A stretch of DNA of 33,545 bases, taken from assembly GCA_964372275.1 (NCBI GenBank), contig CAYJRR010000044.1, positions 1 to 33,545 on the forward strand, in the 5' to 3' direction. This DNA is from an uncultured bacterium. Lineage in GTDB: Bacteria > CAYJRR01. The position numbers and the translations under genes were made by a program. The notes below the pieces were generated by a model. The model was not told the origin of the DNA. It saw only the letters and a list, made by a program, of their open reading frames with translations, and did not search any database. This document shows, piece after piece, positions 9,730-19,097 of the stretch. Position 1 is the first letter of the stretch. The number at the start of each line of letters is the position of its first letter.

Positions 9730-10034
9730 CGCCGGCGGTCGAGTCCGGTCATCGCGAGGATCGTGTGGTAGACGCCCACGGCGAAGCCGTAGGCGAGCAG
9801 GGCGCCGACGAGGCAGAGCCCCAGCTTCAAGCCCTTGGTCGACAGGTCGAGCCCGGTCTGCCAGCCGATCGCGATCGAGAGGATGAACCCGGCGAGCGGA
9901 ACGACGAGCATCGTCATCCCCACCGCGAAGACGGTCGACAGGGCGAGCGACGGCCCGCGCTTGCTCTCGCGGTCGACCGCGAGCGGCTTCTGGAGGCGGA
10001 TCTCCGGCGGGTCCTGCGGCTCGGTCATCGTCAC
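9726..10034 (-). CDS. Small membrane protein (two predicted TM helices), unknown function
   Basis: Two hydrophobic segments. It fills the gap downstream of the co-oriented response-regulator-like gene. Confidence 0.6.
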   Translation of the reverse strand: MTMTEPQDPPEIRLQKPLAVDRESKRGPSLALSTVFAVGMTMLVVPLAGFILSIAIGWQTGLDLSTKGLKLGLCLVGALLAYGFAVGVYHTILAMTGLDRRR

Positions 10035-10043
10035 GCCCTTATA

Positions 10044-11360
10044 TCAGACGAGCAGACCGAGGCAGAGGCAGCCGTACAGCGCCCGCAGGCACTCCAGACG
10101 CGAGGGGGCCAGATTGCAGACGTCCGCCAGCGAGCGCTCGCCGTCGACCATGATCAGCGCCGCCGACTCGAGCGGGTCGAGCTCGAGCAGCGGAAGCCGC
10201 GCTTCGATGTCGGGGGCGGCGTGGGGGACGCGGTTGGGATCCCACAGCGCGGCTTCGAGGCGCGCCACGTCGTAGTGCCGGCGCAGACCTTCGATCACCA
10301 GCTTCTCGGGGGCCATCTGCACCTTCACCAACTCCGCGGGTGGCGGCGTCGGGTGGAATTCGATCGACGCCTCGCGCCAGGCGAACAGGCTCAAGATCCG
10401 GTCGGTATACTGCGCGGCGAGCTCGGCCTCGTGCTCGGCGTGGGTGAGGACCCCCATCTCCACCAGCACCTGCACCAGGCGCATGTTCCGCTTCTTGGAG
10501 TTGGCGAGCGCCTTCTCCAGCTCCTTCTCGGTCAGCTTCCCCTTGCGGATCAGGATCTGGCCGATGCGCTCCGACTGCACGTTGGAGGTGGCGACGATCG
10601 GCCGGCCGCGCGCGAAGTAGATCGTCCTCTCCTCGCCGTTGGCGACGAAGCGCAGGGCGCCGGTGACGTTGTCGGCAAAGGCGCGAGAGATGAGGTACGC
10701 CGGTTCGATCGGCGTCGCCGGCACCGTCGAGGTCGCCGGCGTGAACGCGGCCGCTTGCACCGGCTGGGCCGGAGCGTCGACCGGAACGGAGGCGCGCATC
10801 GCCTCCTCGACCTGCATCGTCGAAGAGGTCGCCTCGGGGGCGCCAGCCGCCGCCGGAGCCACGGCCGTCGGGGCGACCGCCGCCTTGGGATCGGCGGCCT
10901 TGCCGGCGGGATCGGTCTTCGAGGCCGGAACGGCCGCGGCCGGGGAGAACATCTCCGGACCGCCGGCCTTGGCAACGGTCGGCTTGCCTCGCTTGGAGAC
11001 GGCCAGCCGCCGCAACGTGACGACGAGCGCATCCGGTTGGAAGTTCGACGGGAGCACCACGTCGGCCGACGAGGCGCGACGCACGTCGGTGATCCCGGCG
11101 GCGCTGGAGACGGCGGCGATCATCACCACCGCCACGCCGGGGTGCGACTCCTGGATCTTCTTCGACAGGGTCGGACCGTCCATTCCCGGCATCAGGTGGC
11201 TGGCGACCACCGCCGCGGGCTTGACCTGCTCGACCATCTCCAGCGCGCCCGTCGACGCCTTGGCGATGATCGGCTCGAAGTTGCGCGTGCCGAGATAGGT
11301 GGCCATCGTCGCGGCCAACCCCGAATCGCCCAGCACCAGCAGGATCTTCGGCTTGTCCAA
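10044..11360 (-). CDS. Pseudo-receiver domain protein with DUF4388 (PatA_N-like) and MshEN-like region
   Basis: REC-like N-terminus (KILLVL...MPGMDG), Pro/Ala linker, TGALRF..RTIYFARGRPIVATSN, RIGQILIRKG..RLVQVLVEMG. Confidence 0.75.
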   Translation of the reverse strand: MDKPKILLVLGDSGLAATMATYLGTRNFEPIIAKASTGALEMVEQVKPAAVVASHLMPGMDGPTLSKKIQESHPGVAVVMIAAVSSAAGITDVRRASSADVVLPSNFQPDALVVTLRRLAVSKRGKPTVAKAGGPEMFSPAAAVPASKTDPAGKAADPKAAVAPTAVAPAAAGAPEATSSTMQVEEAMRASVPVDAPAQPVQAAAFTPATSTVPATPIEPAYLISRAFADNVTGALRFVANGEERTIYFARGRPIVATSNVQSERIGQILIRKGKLTEKELEKALANSKKRNMRLVQVLVEMGVLTHAEHEAELAAQYTDRILSLFAWREASIEFHPTPPPAELVKVQMAPEKLVIEGLRRHYDVARLEAALWDPNRVPHAAPDIEARLPLLELDPLESAALIMVDGERSLADVCNLAPSRLECLRALYGCLCLGLLV

Positions 11361-11363
11361 TGG

Positions 11364-12863
11364 CTACGAGGATACGCCTCGACAGAACTCCATCAAGGTT
11401 CGAACGCCGAAACCGGTCCCCCCTTTCGGTCCGATCGGGGGGGTCTTCTCGGCGAACGCCGGGCCGGCGATGTCGAGATGCACCCAGGAGGCGTCCCCGA
11501 CGAACTCCCGCAGGAAGAGCCCCGCGGTGATCGATCCGCCGTAGCGATCCCCCGTGATGTTCTTGATGTCGGCCACGTCCGAATCGATCTTCGATCGCAT
11601 GTCCTCGTCGAGCGGCAGAGGCCAGAACTTCTCGTCGGCGCGCCTCGCAGCGGCCAGCACCTCGTCGAGCAGACGTTGGTCGTTCCCCATCGCCCCCGCA
11701 TACCAGTCGCCGAGGCCCACCACCACCGCGCCGGTGAGCGTCGCCAGGTCGATGATCGCGTCCGGCCGGTACTTCGTCCTCGCGTAGTGCAACACGTCGG
11801 CGAGGACGAGGCGACCCTCGGCGTCGGTGTTCAGCACCTCGATCGTCTTTCCGCTCATCGAGCGGATGACGTCGCCGGGCTTCTGCGCTCGCGCCCCCGG
11901 CATGTTCTCGGTGGCGCCGATCAGGCCCACCACCTCCACGTCGGGCTTGAGCCGAGGAAGCGCACGGAACAGGCCGAGCACCGCCGCGGCGCCGGCCATG
12001 TCGCATTTCATCGTCATCATGCCGTCGGCGGTCTTGAGCGACAGGCCCCCGGAGTCGAAGGTCAGCCCCTTGCCGACGACGGCAATCTTCCGCCGCTTTC
12101 CGCCGCGCGGCGGCGTCGACGGCGCGTAGCGGAGCTCGATCAGCTGCGGCGGCTCGAGAGATCCGGCGGAGACGGCGAGGATCGCGCGCGCGCCGATGGC
12201 CTGGAGCGCCTCCCCGGCGTGGACCTCGACCTCGACCTCCTTGCCGGCGAGCGACTGGGCGACCCTCGCCAGCTCCGCCGGCGGCTGGTCTCCGGCGGGG
12301 TCGTTCACCAGGTCTCGCGTGAAGTTGGTCGCATCGCTCGCGATCCGCGCGAAGGCGAGCGAGGCGTCGATCTCCCGTGATCGCTTCACCGTGCCGACCA
12401 GGACGAGTCGTTTCACCTTCTCCGGCTTGTCTTCGGTCTTGTAGCGGAGGTAGCGGTAGAGACCGAGCAGTCCTCCTTCGGCGGCCGCGCGCGCCAGGAG
12501 CGCGTCGGGGACCGACGTCCCCGACGGCAGGACGATCGCGACCTCGGAGGAGTGGCCGTTCCGCGCCGACGCCAGCGCCTTGGCGGCGGCACGGCGAAAG
12601 ACTTCGGTGTCGAACTTCTCGGGAACCCCCAGCCCGTGGATCATGACCCGCGGGGACCCGAGCCCGGAAACGTCGACGATCAGCTGCTGGTCCTTCTTCC
12701 CGGTGAACTTCTCGCGGGCGATGCGCCGCGAGACCAGTCCGCGGGAGGCCCGATCGACGTCGGCCACCTGGCGCTCGAGGAGCTTCTTGTCCTGCAGCAC
12801 CGGGACCACCAGCAGGTCCGCCTTCTGCGACTTCGCCGCCCCCTGGACGTACTCGACCTTCAC
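11364..12863 (-). CDS. pepA: Leucyl aminopeptidase (M17)
   Basis: VGKGLTFDSGG, MKCDMAGAA, NTDAEGRL, DLATLTGA, WVHLDIAG. Confidence 0.95.
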   Translation of the reverse strand: MKVEYVQGAAKSQKADLLVVPVLQDKKLLERQVADVDRASRGLVSRRIAREKFTGKKDQQLIVDVSGLGSPRVMIHGLGVPEKFDTEVFRRAAAKALASARNGHSSEVAIVLPSGTSVPDALLARAAAEGGLLGLYRYLRYKTEDKPEKVKRLVLVGTVKRSREIDASLAFARIASDATNFTRDLVNDPAGDQPPAELARVAQSLAGKEVEVEVHAGEALQAIGARAILAVSAGSLEPPQLIELRYAPSTPPRGGKRRKIAVVGKGLTFDSGGLSLKTADGMMTMKCDMAGAAAVLGLFRALPRLKPDVEVVGLIGATENMPGARAQKPGDVIRSMSGKTIEVLNTDAEGRLVLADVLHYARTKYRPDAIIDLATLTGAVVVGLGDWYAGAMGNDQRLLDEVLAAARRADEKFWPLPLDEDMRSKIDSDVADIKNITGDRYGGSITAGLFLREFVGDASWVHLDIAGPAFAEKTPPIGPKGGTGFGVRTLMEFCRGVSS

Positions 12864-14902
12864 GCTCGGCCCCCTCCGATCCTCTCCACCAACACCTCCG
12901 ACAGGTCCTTCACCTCGATCGCCCGCTCCCCTTCCTTCGTCGTCTGGTTGACGGCGTCGCGGATCATCGTCATGCAGAACGGGCAGCCGACGGCGATCGT
13001 CGCGGGGTTCGCGTCCTTCAGGTCGGCGAGGCGATTCTCGTTCATGCGGATCCCGACATGCTCCTCCATGAACATCCGCCCGCCGCCGGCGCCGCAGCAG
13101 CGCCCCATCCGCCCGCTCTTCTCGACGTCGACGCGCAGGGCGCCGGCCGCATCGAGCACGGCGCGCGGCGATTCGTAGCGGTCGTTGTAGCGCCCCAGGT
13201 AGCAGGGGTCATGGAACACCGTGCGTTCGGGACCGCTTCCGTCGGCCGCCGCCGCGTTCGCGACGGCGGACCTTGCCGCCGCGGCCGGAATCTTGAGCCG
13301 GCCCGACGCGATCAGATCCTCCAGGAGCTCCGAGTGATGCACCACTTCGATCGTCTCCAGGCCGAAGTCGGGGTACTCGTTGGCGAGCGTGTTGAAGCAG
13401 TGCGGGCAGGCGGTGACGACCTTGCGGATCTTCCCCTGGTACTTCCGGAAGGTCGCGACGTTGGCCTGGGCCTGCGCCTGGAACAGGTACTCGTTCCCGA
13501 CCCGGCGCGCCGGATCGCCGGTGCAGGTCTCCTCCTTCCCGAGCATCGCGAATCGGACGCCCGCCTCCTTCATCAGCGCGACGATCGCGCGCGAGACCTT
13601 CTTGTTGCGGTCGTCGAACGACCCGGCGCAGCCGACCCAGAACAGGTAGTCGATCTCCTCCCCGGCGTCGGCGACCTGGGCCATGCTGCGGACTCCGAGC
13701 CCCTCGGCCCAGGCCGCGCGGTCCTCGGAGGAGAAGTTCCAGGGATTCCCGTTGCGCTCGATCCCGGTGAAGGCGGGCTGGACCTCGGGCGGGAAGGAGC
13801 CTTCCATCAGCACCAGCTCGCGCCGCATGTCGACGATGCGATCGACGTATTCGATGAAGACCGGACAGGTCTCCTCGCACGCGCGGCAGGTGGTGCAGGA
13901 CCACAGCGCCTCGGTGTCGATGATCGGCCCGGGGAGCTTCTCCTCGAGCTTCCCCGCCTTGATCGCGTTGCGCAGTCCGACCGAGATCTGCTTCGGCGAG
14001 AGCGGCTTTCCGCTGTTGAACGCCGGACAGACGTTGGAGCACCGCCCGCACTCGGTGCAGGTGTAGACGTCGAGCATCTGCTTCCAGGTCATGTCCAGGG
14101 CGGTGTCCATCCCGAACCTGACGTTCTCCCCCTCGACGTCGAGCTTGATCGGCTTGAGGCGCCCCTTCGCCGTCGTCCGCCGCAGGAAGATGTTCGGCAG
14201 CGACAGGATCACGTGGAAGTGCTTGCCGTGCGGCAGGTAGACCAGGAAGGCGAGCACCAGCGAGACGTGGATCCAGTAGCAGGCGACGCCGACGACGTGC
14301 GCGGCCGCGGCGCTGATCGCCGCCATTCCCATCGCGACGCCGGTCACCAGCGGCGGATGCGCCGGGAGCGCGCGTCCGCCCCACGCCGACACTTCGTTCC
14401 CGATGCGGAGCATCGCCGCGTCGAAGCCCAGATCGGTCAGCACCAGGCCGGTGATCCAGAAGAGGATCAGCGTCCCCTCCCGGGAGAGCGTCAGCCGCTG
14501 CGGCCGGGTGAAGAGCCGCCGCCAGAGGTTCCCGGCACAGCCGACCAGGATCAACGCGTTGATCGCATCCTTGAGCCACAGGTATCCGACGCCGATCGGC
14601 CCGTCGAAGAACGGGAGCTCGAAGCGGGTCGAATACCCCATCCCGATCATGGTGATCGTCCGCAGGCTCACCACCATGAAGCCGGCGAAGATGAAGATGT
14701 GCAGGAGACCCGGGATCGGGTCGTCGAGCATCCGCTTCTGGGCAAAGCCGTAGAGAAGGAGGTCCTTCAACCGCCGTGGCAGGTCGAGCGCGAAGTCGGG
14801 ATCGCCCTTCGCGCGCAGGAGCGGCTGGAGTCGATGACGCATGACCCAGGCGAAGCCGCCGAGGCTCAAGCCTAGCAGGAGCGTCATGAGGATCGGACCC
14901 AC
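12860..14902 (-). CDS. Membrane-bound Fe-S oxidoreductase (FadF / heterodisulfide-reductase-related, CCG domains)
   Basis: N-terminal TM region, CTECGRCSNVCP, CTTCRACEETCP, and CCG-domain motifs ACPHC, HDPCY, CCGAGG, GCPFC. Confidence 0.88.
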   Translation of the reverse strand: MGPILMTLLLGLSLGGFAWVMRHRLQPLLRAKGDPDFALDLPRRLKDLLLYGFAQKRMLDDPIPGLLHIFIFAGFMVVSLRTITMIGMGYSTRFELPFFDGPIGVGYLWLKDAINALILVGCAGNLWRRLFTRPQRLTLSREGTLILFWITGLVLTDLGFDAAMLRIGNEVSAWGGRALPAHPPLVTGVAMGMAAISAAAAHVVGVACYWIHVSLVLAFLVYLPHGKHFHVILSLPNIFLRRTTAKGRLKPIKLDVEGENVRFGMDTALDMTWKQMLDVYTCTECGRCSNVCPAFNSGKPLSPKQISVGLRNAIKAGKLEEKLPGPIIDTEALWSCTTCRACEETCPVFIEYVDRIVDMRRELVLMEGSFPPEVQPAFTGIERNGNPWNFSSEDRAAWAEGLGVRSMAQVADAGEEIDYLFWVGCAGSFDDRNKKVSRAIVALMKEAGVRFAMLGKEETCTGDPARRVGNEYLFQAQAQANVATFRKYQGKIRKVVTACPHCFNTLANEYPDFGLETIEVVHHSELLEDLIASGRLKIPAAAARSAVANAAAADGSGPERTVFHDPCYLGRYNDRYESPRAVLDAAGALRVDVEKSGRMGRCCGAGGGRMFMEEHVGIRMNENRLADLKDANPATIAVGCPFCMTMIRDAVNQTTKEGERAIEVKDLSEVLVERIGGGRA

Positions 14903-15035
14903 GGAACGCCTCGCCTTTCAGGCTTGGCGCGCCGTGCACGACGGCGCCGACGAAAGGCGCACCGCGCGAAAACGGCGCACAAGCGCGAAAATGGAAGCGT
15001 TTTTTACCGCGAAGGGGGCCCGCTAGGCAAGGCCG

Positions 15036-15671
15036 CTACCAGGTCGCCGACTCGTCGTCGTCGCTCTCGCCGCCGCCGGCCGACGCCCACGGATCGGCCG
15101 CCGGCGCGGGCGCGTCGCTCGGGGAGGCGCTGTCGCCGGACGGAACCGCCCAGGGATCGGCGGACGCCGGAGCCGGAGAAGCGAACAGGTCCTCCGCCGA
15201 CGAGCCGGACTCCGCCTCGCCGAAGCCGGTGGAGCTCGTGGTTTCGAACGCCCCCGACGAACCGAACGGATCGCCCGAGCCGCCGCCGCTCGTCGACTCG
15301 CCGGCGAATCCGGCGACGTCGAAGGCCGAGGCGGCCCCGATTCCGGAGTCGAGCGCCGGCGCGTTGGCGAAACCGTCGCCGGAGAGCGATTTGAGCTGCG
15401 TGGCGACGACCCACCCCTCGAGGGTGATCACGTCTTCGCCGCGCTCCCACTCGGTGCGGATCTTGAGCCACTGCCCGTCTTCGCTCTTCCCGAGCACGGC
15501 GACATCGCGGTTCGGACCGAGCTTGAGCTTCGATCGTGCCCCCTCGGTCGGGAGGGCGCGTAGCTCGACGGTACGGGATCGAACACGCGCCACCTCCGCG
15601 GCGTTCGAAACGGCGGCGAACGAGGCGACGACGGCCGAGAGGACGCAGATCGAGCGGGAGAGTGGGGTCAT
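15036..15671 (-). CDS. Secreted SH3b-like domain protein with acidic low-complexity tail
   Basis: Signal peptide, LRALPT..VAVLGKSEDGQWLKI..EGWV (SH3b-like), and a Ser/Gly/Asp-rich tail. Start is chosen at ATG 15671. Confidence 0.65.
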   Translation of the reverse strand: MTPLSRSICVLSAVVASFAAVSNAAEVARVRSRTVELRALPTEGARSKLKLGPNRDVAVLGKSEDGQWLKIRTEWERGEDVITLEGWVVATQLKSLSGDGFANAPALDSGIGAASAFDVAGFAGESTSGGGSGDPFGSSGAFETTSSTGFGEAESGSSAEDLFASPAPASADPWAVPSGDSASPSDAPAPAADPWASAGGGESDDDESATW

Positions 15672-15812
15672 GTCCCCCACTGGGAGCAAGGACTCGGCCA
15701 GCGACCGGCGTCGACTCAACGTGGCGAAATCCAAGGGACCTTGCCGCCGCGCCGGACCGGGATCGAGCGCTTTTGGCACCCCTTGGGACACCCCGTATCC
15801 ACCCCTCGAGGG

Positions 15813-17693
15813 TTATGGCTTCGAGACGATCTCGTCGACTCGTCTGCCGGCGACGGCGGTGGTGACCGCGCGGTCCATGCGGCGGCGGGTGAAGTCGGAG
15901 GCGACCGCTTCGAGGCGATCGATGGAGGCGAGGATGGCGCGGTGGTCCTCGCCGCGCGCGGCGGAAGCGACCTCCGCGATGGCGGCGTCGAGCGCGGCGC
16001 GTTCGTCCGCGGGGAGCAGATCGCCGTCCTTGGAGAGCGCCCCTTCGACGGCGCGCAGCACGCGGTCGGCCTCGGTTCGGGCCTCGATCAGGAGCCGCTG
16101 CGTGACGTCCGCCTCGGCGTGCTCGATCGATTCGGCGAGCATCCGCTCAATCTCCGACTCCGAAAGACCGTAGGTCGGCTTCACCTGCACGCCCGCTTCG
16201 ATCCCGGTGTGCACTTCGCGCGCGGAGACGCGCAGGATCCCGTCGGCGTCGACGACGAAGGTGACCTCCACCCGCGCCATGCCGGCCGGAAGCGGCGGGA
16301 TCCCGGACAGCCGGAATCGCGCCAGACTGCGGCAGTCGGCGACCATCTCCCGTTCCCCCTGCACCACGTGGAGGTCGATCGCCGTCTGGCCGTCGGCGAA
16401 GGTGGTGTAACCCTGGGTCGCCGAGGCCGGGATCGTCGAGTTGCGGAAGATGATCTTGTCGACGATCCCGCCCATCGTCTCCAGGCCGAGCGACAGCGGG
16501 ATGACGTCGAGCAGGAGCACGTCGGATCGCCCGCCGCGGTGGAGCAGGTCGGCCTGGATCGCCGCCCCCAGCGCCACCACCTTCTCGGGGTCGATGTCGC
16601 CGAGCGGCTCCCGTCCGAACAGCTCCGCGACGAAACGCCGGACGTACGGAGAGCGGGTGGAGCCGCCGACGAGGATCACGCCGGTGAGGTCGTCGGCCGG
16701 GATCCGGGCGTCGCGCAGCGCGTCGCGGCAGGGCGCGCCGGTTCGCTCGACGAGCGGGCGGACCACCCGCTCGAACTCCTCGCGCGACAGGTCACGGTGC
16801 CGACGCGAATCGTCGGCGGCGGAAACGGCGACCGTCACCCGCTCCCGCAACGACAGGTCGATCTTGGCCTGCGAGGCGGCATCGACCGCCGCCAACACCT
16901 GACGCGGCGAAAGCGAGGCGGGTTCGATCCCGGCTTCGCGAAGGAGGAACGACGCGACGGCGCGGTCGAGGTCGTCGCCGCCGAGGCGCGTGTCGCCGCC
17001 GGTCGACAGCACCTCGAACACCCCGTCCTTCAGGCGCAGAACGGAGACATCGAACGTGCCGCCCCCCAGGTCGTAGACGGCGAACACCCCTTCCGCCTTG
17101 CGGTCGAGCCCGTAGGCGAGCGCCGCGGCGGTCGGCTCGTTCAGAAGCCGCAGCACCTCGAGGCCGGCGAGCCGGCCGGCGTCCTTGGTCGCCTGGCGTT
17201 GCGCGTCGTCGAAGTAGGCGGGGACGGTGATCACCGCCCCCTCGATCTCCTCGCCGAGCTTCGTCCGGGCCCGGCTCTTCAGTTCTTTGAGGATCTCCGC
17301 CGAGACCTCGACGGGCGTCACCGCGCGAGATCCTCCGGCCACCAGAAAACGGACCATGCCCGTGCCTTCGCGCTCACCCGGGGGGCTCCCCCGGACCCCC
17401 TGCCCGCCCGCGTCGGGCGCGAAGCGGTAGGTGGAGAGCCCTTCGACGAGGTCCCCCTCCTTCAACCCCCGCCCCATCCAGCGCTTGGCGGAGGCGATGG
17501 TGTCCTGCGGATGCTCCGCCTGGCGTTCGCGCGCCTCCCAGCCGACCGAGACCGACCCGCCGGCATCGAACCGCACTACCGACGGGAGGAGCGCCCGGTC
17601 CCGCTCGTCGAGGATGACACGGGGGCTGTTCCCGTCGACGTAGCCGACGAGGCTCTTGGTGGTGCCGAGGTCGATGCCGATCGCGCGTCCCAT
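15813..17693 (-). CDS. hscA: Fe-S assembly Hsp70 chaperone HscA
   Basis: [52 protein letters not shown]. Located after hscB in an isc operon. Confidence 0.93.
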   Translation of the reverse strand: MGRAIGIDLGTTKSLVGYVDGNSPRVILDERDRALLPSVVRFDAGGSVSVGWEARERQAEHPQDTIASAKRWMGRGLKEGDLVEGLSTYRFAPDAGGQGVRGSPPGEREGTGMVRFLVAGGSRAVTPVEVSAEILKELKSRARTKLGEEIEGAVITVPAYFDDAQRQATKDAGRLAGLEVLRLLNEPTAAALAYGLDRKAEGVFAVYDLGGGTFDVSVLRLKDGVFEVLSTGGDTRLGGDDLDRAVASFLLREAGIEPASLSPRQVLAAVDAASQAKIDLSLRERVTVAVSAADDSRRHRDLSREEFERVVRPLVERTGAPCRDALRDARIPADDLTGVILVGGSTRSPYVRRFVAELFGREPLGDIDPEKVVALGAAIQADLLHRGGRSDVLLLDVIPLSLGLETMGGIVDKIIFRNSTIPASATQGYTTFADGQTAIDLHVVQGEREMVADCRSLARFRLSGIPPLPAGMARVEVTFVVDADGILRVSAREVHTGIEAGVQVKPTYGLSESEIERMLAESIEHAEADVTQRLLIEARTEADRVLRAVEGALSKDGDLLPADERAALDAAIAEVASAARGEDHRAILASIDRLEAVASDFTRRRMDRAVTTAVAGRRVDEIVSKP

Positions 17694-17697
17694 CGTC

Positions 17698-18318
17698 CTA
17701 TCCGCCGGCGGGCGACCCTTCGGCCTCGGCGGCGACCTGCTCGAAGTAGCGCATCTCGTCGAGGAGCGCGACCACTTCCTTCAAGGGACCCACGTCGGAC
17801 GGGTTCTCCTCCCAGCGCGCAAACGCCCGATCGGCCGCCGCCAGCCGCCGCTCGCGCTCGGTCTTCGCCCCCGCGCCGATCCGCCCCAGGGCCGCGCGGT
17901 CCCCGGCCGCCTTGGCCTCCGCCAGTTCTTCGCGCGTCTCCATCATCGCCATCAGGAAGGCGGGCTCCATCGCCGCGCGTTCTCGGTCGGCGCCGCCGGC
18001 CTTCAACCCGTGGAGCGAGAGCAGATACTCGGCGCGCCGCACCGGATCGCGCAGCGTGCGCACCGCGTCGTTGAGCAGGGTGGTGTGCTGCAGCGAGAGC
18101 GCCCGTTCCCGCGCGTCGGCCCGTGCGAAACGGTCGGGGTGCAGCCGCCGCGACCGATCGCGCAGGATCCCGGCGAGCGTCTCCGCGTCGAGATGCCAGC
18201 GCCGCGGCAGCCCGAGGAGTTCGAAGTAGTCCCCCGTCCGCGGCGGCTGGAGTTTCCCGCACGCAGGACAGGAGTCTCCCGCGTCCGCCGCGGACTCATT
18301 GCAGTTCCAGCAGCTCAC
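17698..18318 (-). CDS. hscB: Fe-S assembly co-chaperone HscB with N-terminal CxxC...CxxC
   Basis: [20 protein letters not shown]-domain motif, [12 protein letters not shown]. Confidence 0.92.
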   Translation of the reverse strand: MSCWNCNESAADAGDSCPACGKLQPPRTGDYFELLGLPRRWHLDAETLAGILRDRSRRLHPDRFARADARERALSLQHTTLLNDAVRTLRDPVRRAEYLLSLHGLKAGGADRERAAMEPAFLMAMMETREELAEAKAAGDRAALGRIGAGAKTERERRLAAADRAFARWEENPSDVGPLKEVVALLDEMRYFEQVAAEAEGSPAGG

Positions 18319-18321
18319 GTT

Positions 18322-18657
18322 CTAGACGGAGAAGGAGGTCCCGCAGCCGCAGGACTTCTTGACGTTGGGGTTCTCGAGCTGGAAGCCACGCTCCTGCAGC
18401 GTGTTCTTCCAGGCGATCGTCATCCCGTCGAGGAAGACGAACGACTTCGGATCGCAGACCACCCGCGCCCCGTCCGACTCGAACAGCTTGTCGTTCGGCA
18501 GCGGTTTGGTGGCGAAGTCCATCACGTAGGAGAGCCCCGAGCAGCCGCCCCCCTTCACCCCCACGCGCAACGCCCCCTCGACCGCGCCACGCTCGGCGAC
18601 GATGCGCTTGATCTCGACAGCCGCCTGCGGGGTGATCTGGATCGACATCGCGGCCAA
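18322..18657 (-). CDS. iscA: A-type Fe-S carrier IscA (HesB family)
   Basis: LRVGVKGGGCSGLSY and NPNVKKSCGCGTSF. Start is 18657 (TTG) or 18648 (ATG). Confidence 0.92.
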   Translation of the reverse strand: MAAMSIQITPQAAVEIKRIVAERGAVEGALRVGVKGGGCSGLSYVMDFATKPLPNDKLFESDGARVVCDPKSFVFLDGMTIAWKNTLQERGFQLENPNVKKSCGCGTSFSV

Positions 18658-18660
18658 CCG

Positions 18661-19071
18661 TTAGGCCCCCGCTCCGGCCTTGCCGACGGAGCCGTCGCGC
18701 TTCGACTTGTAGTCGGCGATCGCCGCCTTGATCGCGTCCTCGGCCAGTACCGAGCAGTGGATCTTCACCGGCGGCAGCGCCAGCTCCTGGGCGATGTCCA
18801 TGTTCTTGATCTTCATCGCCTCGTCGATCGTCTTCCCCTTCACCCACTCCGTGACCAGCGACGAGGAGGCGATCGCCGAGCCGCATCCGAAGGTCTTGAA
18901 CTTGGCGTCCTGGATGACGCCGTCGTCGGCGACCTTCAGTTGCAGCTGCATCACGTCGCCGCACGCCGGCGCGCCGACGAGCCCCGTTCCCACGTTCGGG
19001 TCACTCTTGTCGAGCTTCCCGACGTTCCGGGGGTTCTCGTAGTGGTCGATCACTTTTTCGCTGTAGGCCAT
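18661..19071 (-). CDS. iscU: Fe-S scaffold IscU
   Basis: MAYSEKVIDHYENPRNVG, APACGD, FGCGSAIASSS, LPPVKIHC. Confidence 0.96.
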   Translation of the reverse strand: MAYSEKVIDHYENPRNVGKLDKSDPNVGTGLVGAPACGDVMQLQLKVADDGVIQDAKFKTFGCGSAIASSSLVTEWVKGKTIDEAMKIKNMDIAQELALPPVKIHCSVLAEDAIKAAIADYKSKRDGSVGKAGAGA

Positions 19072-19097
19072 CGCTCGTTCCGAGTGTCGTCTTTCCG

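Noticed and set aside
8196..12380. 1394-aa plus-strand ORF and other long Arg/Pro/Gly-rich ORFs (e.g. 7273..9483, 13058..14875, 15741..18074, 26508..29174)
   Set aside because: These are shadow frames overlapping well-supported genes. They are expected in high-GC DNA and carry no recognisable motifs.
14964..14994. Direct repeat GCGCGAAAA(C/T)GG twice upstream of the fadF-like gene
   Set aside because: It could be a regulator site, but two short copies are too little evidence and no cognate regulator is identifiable.
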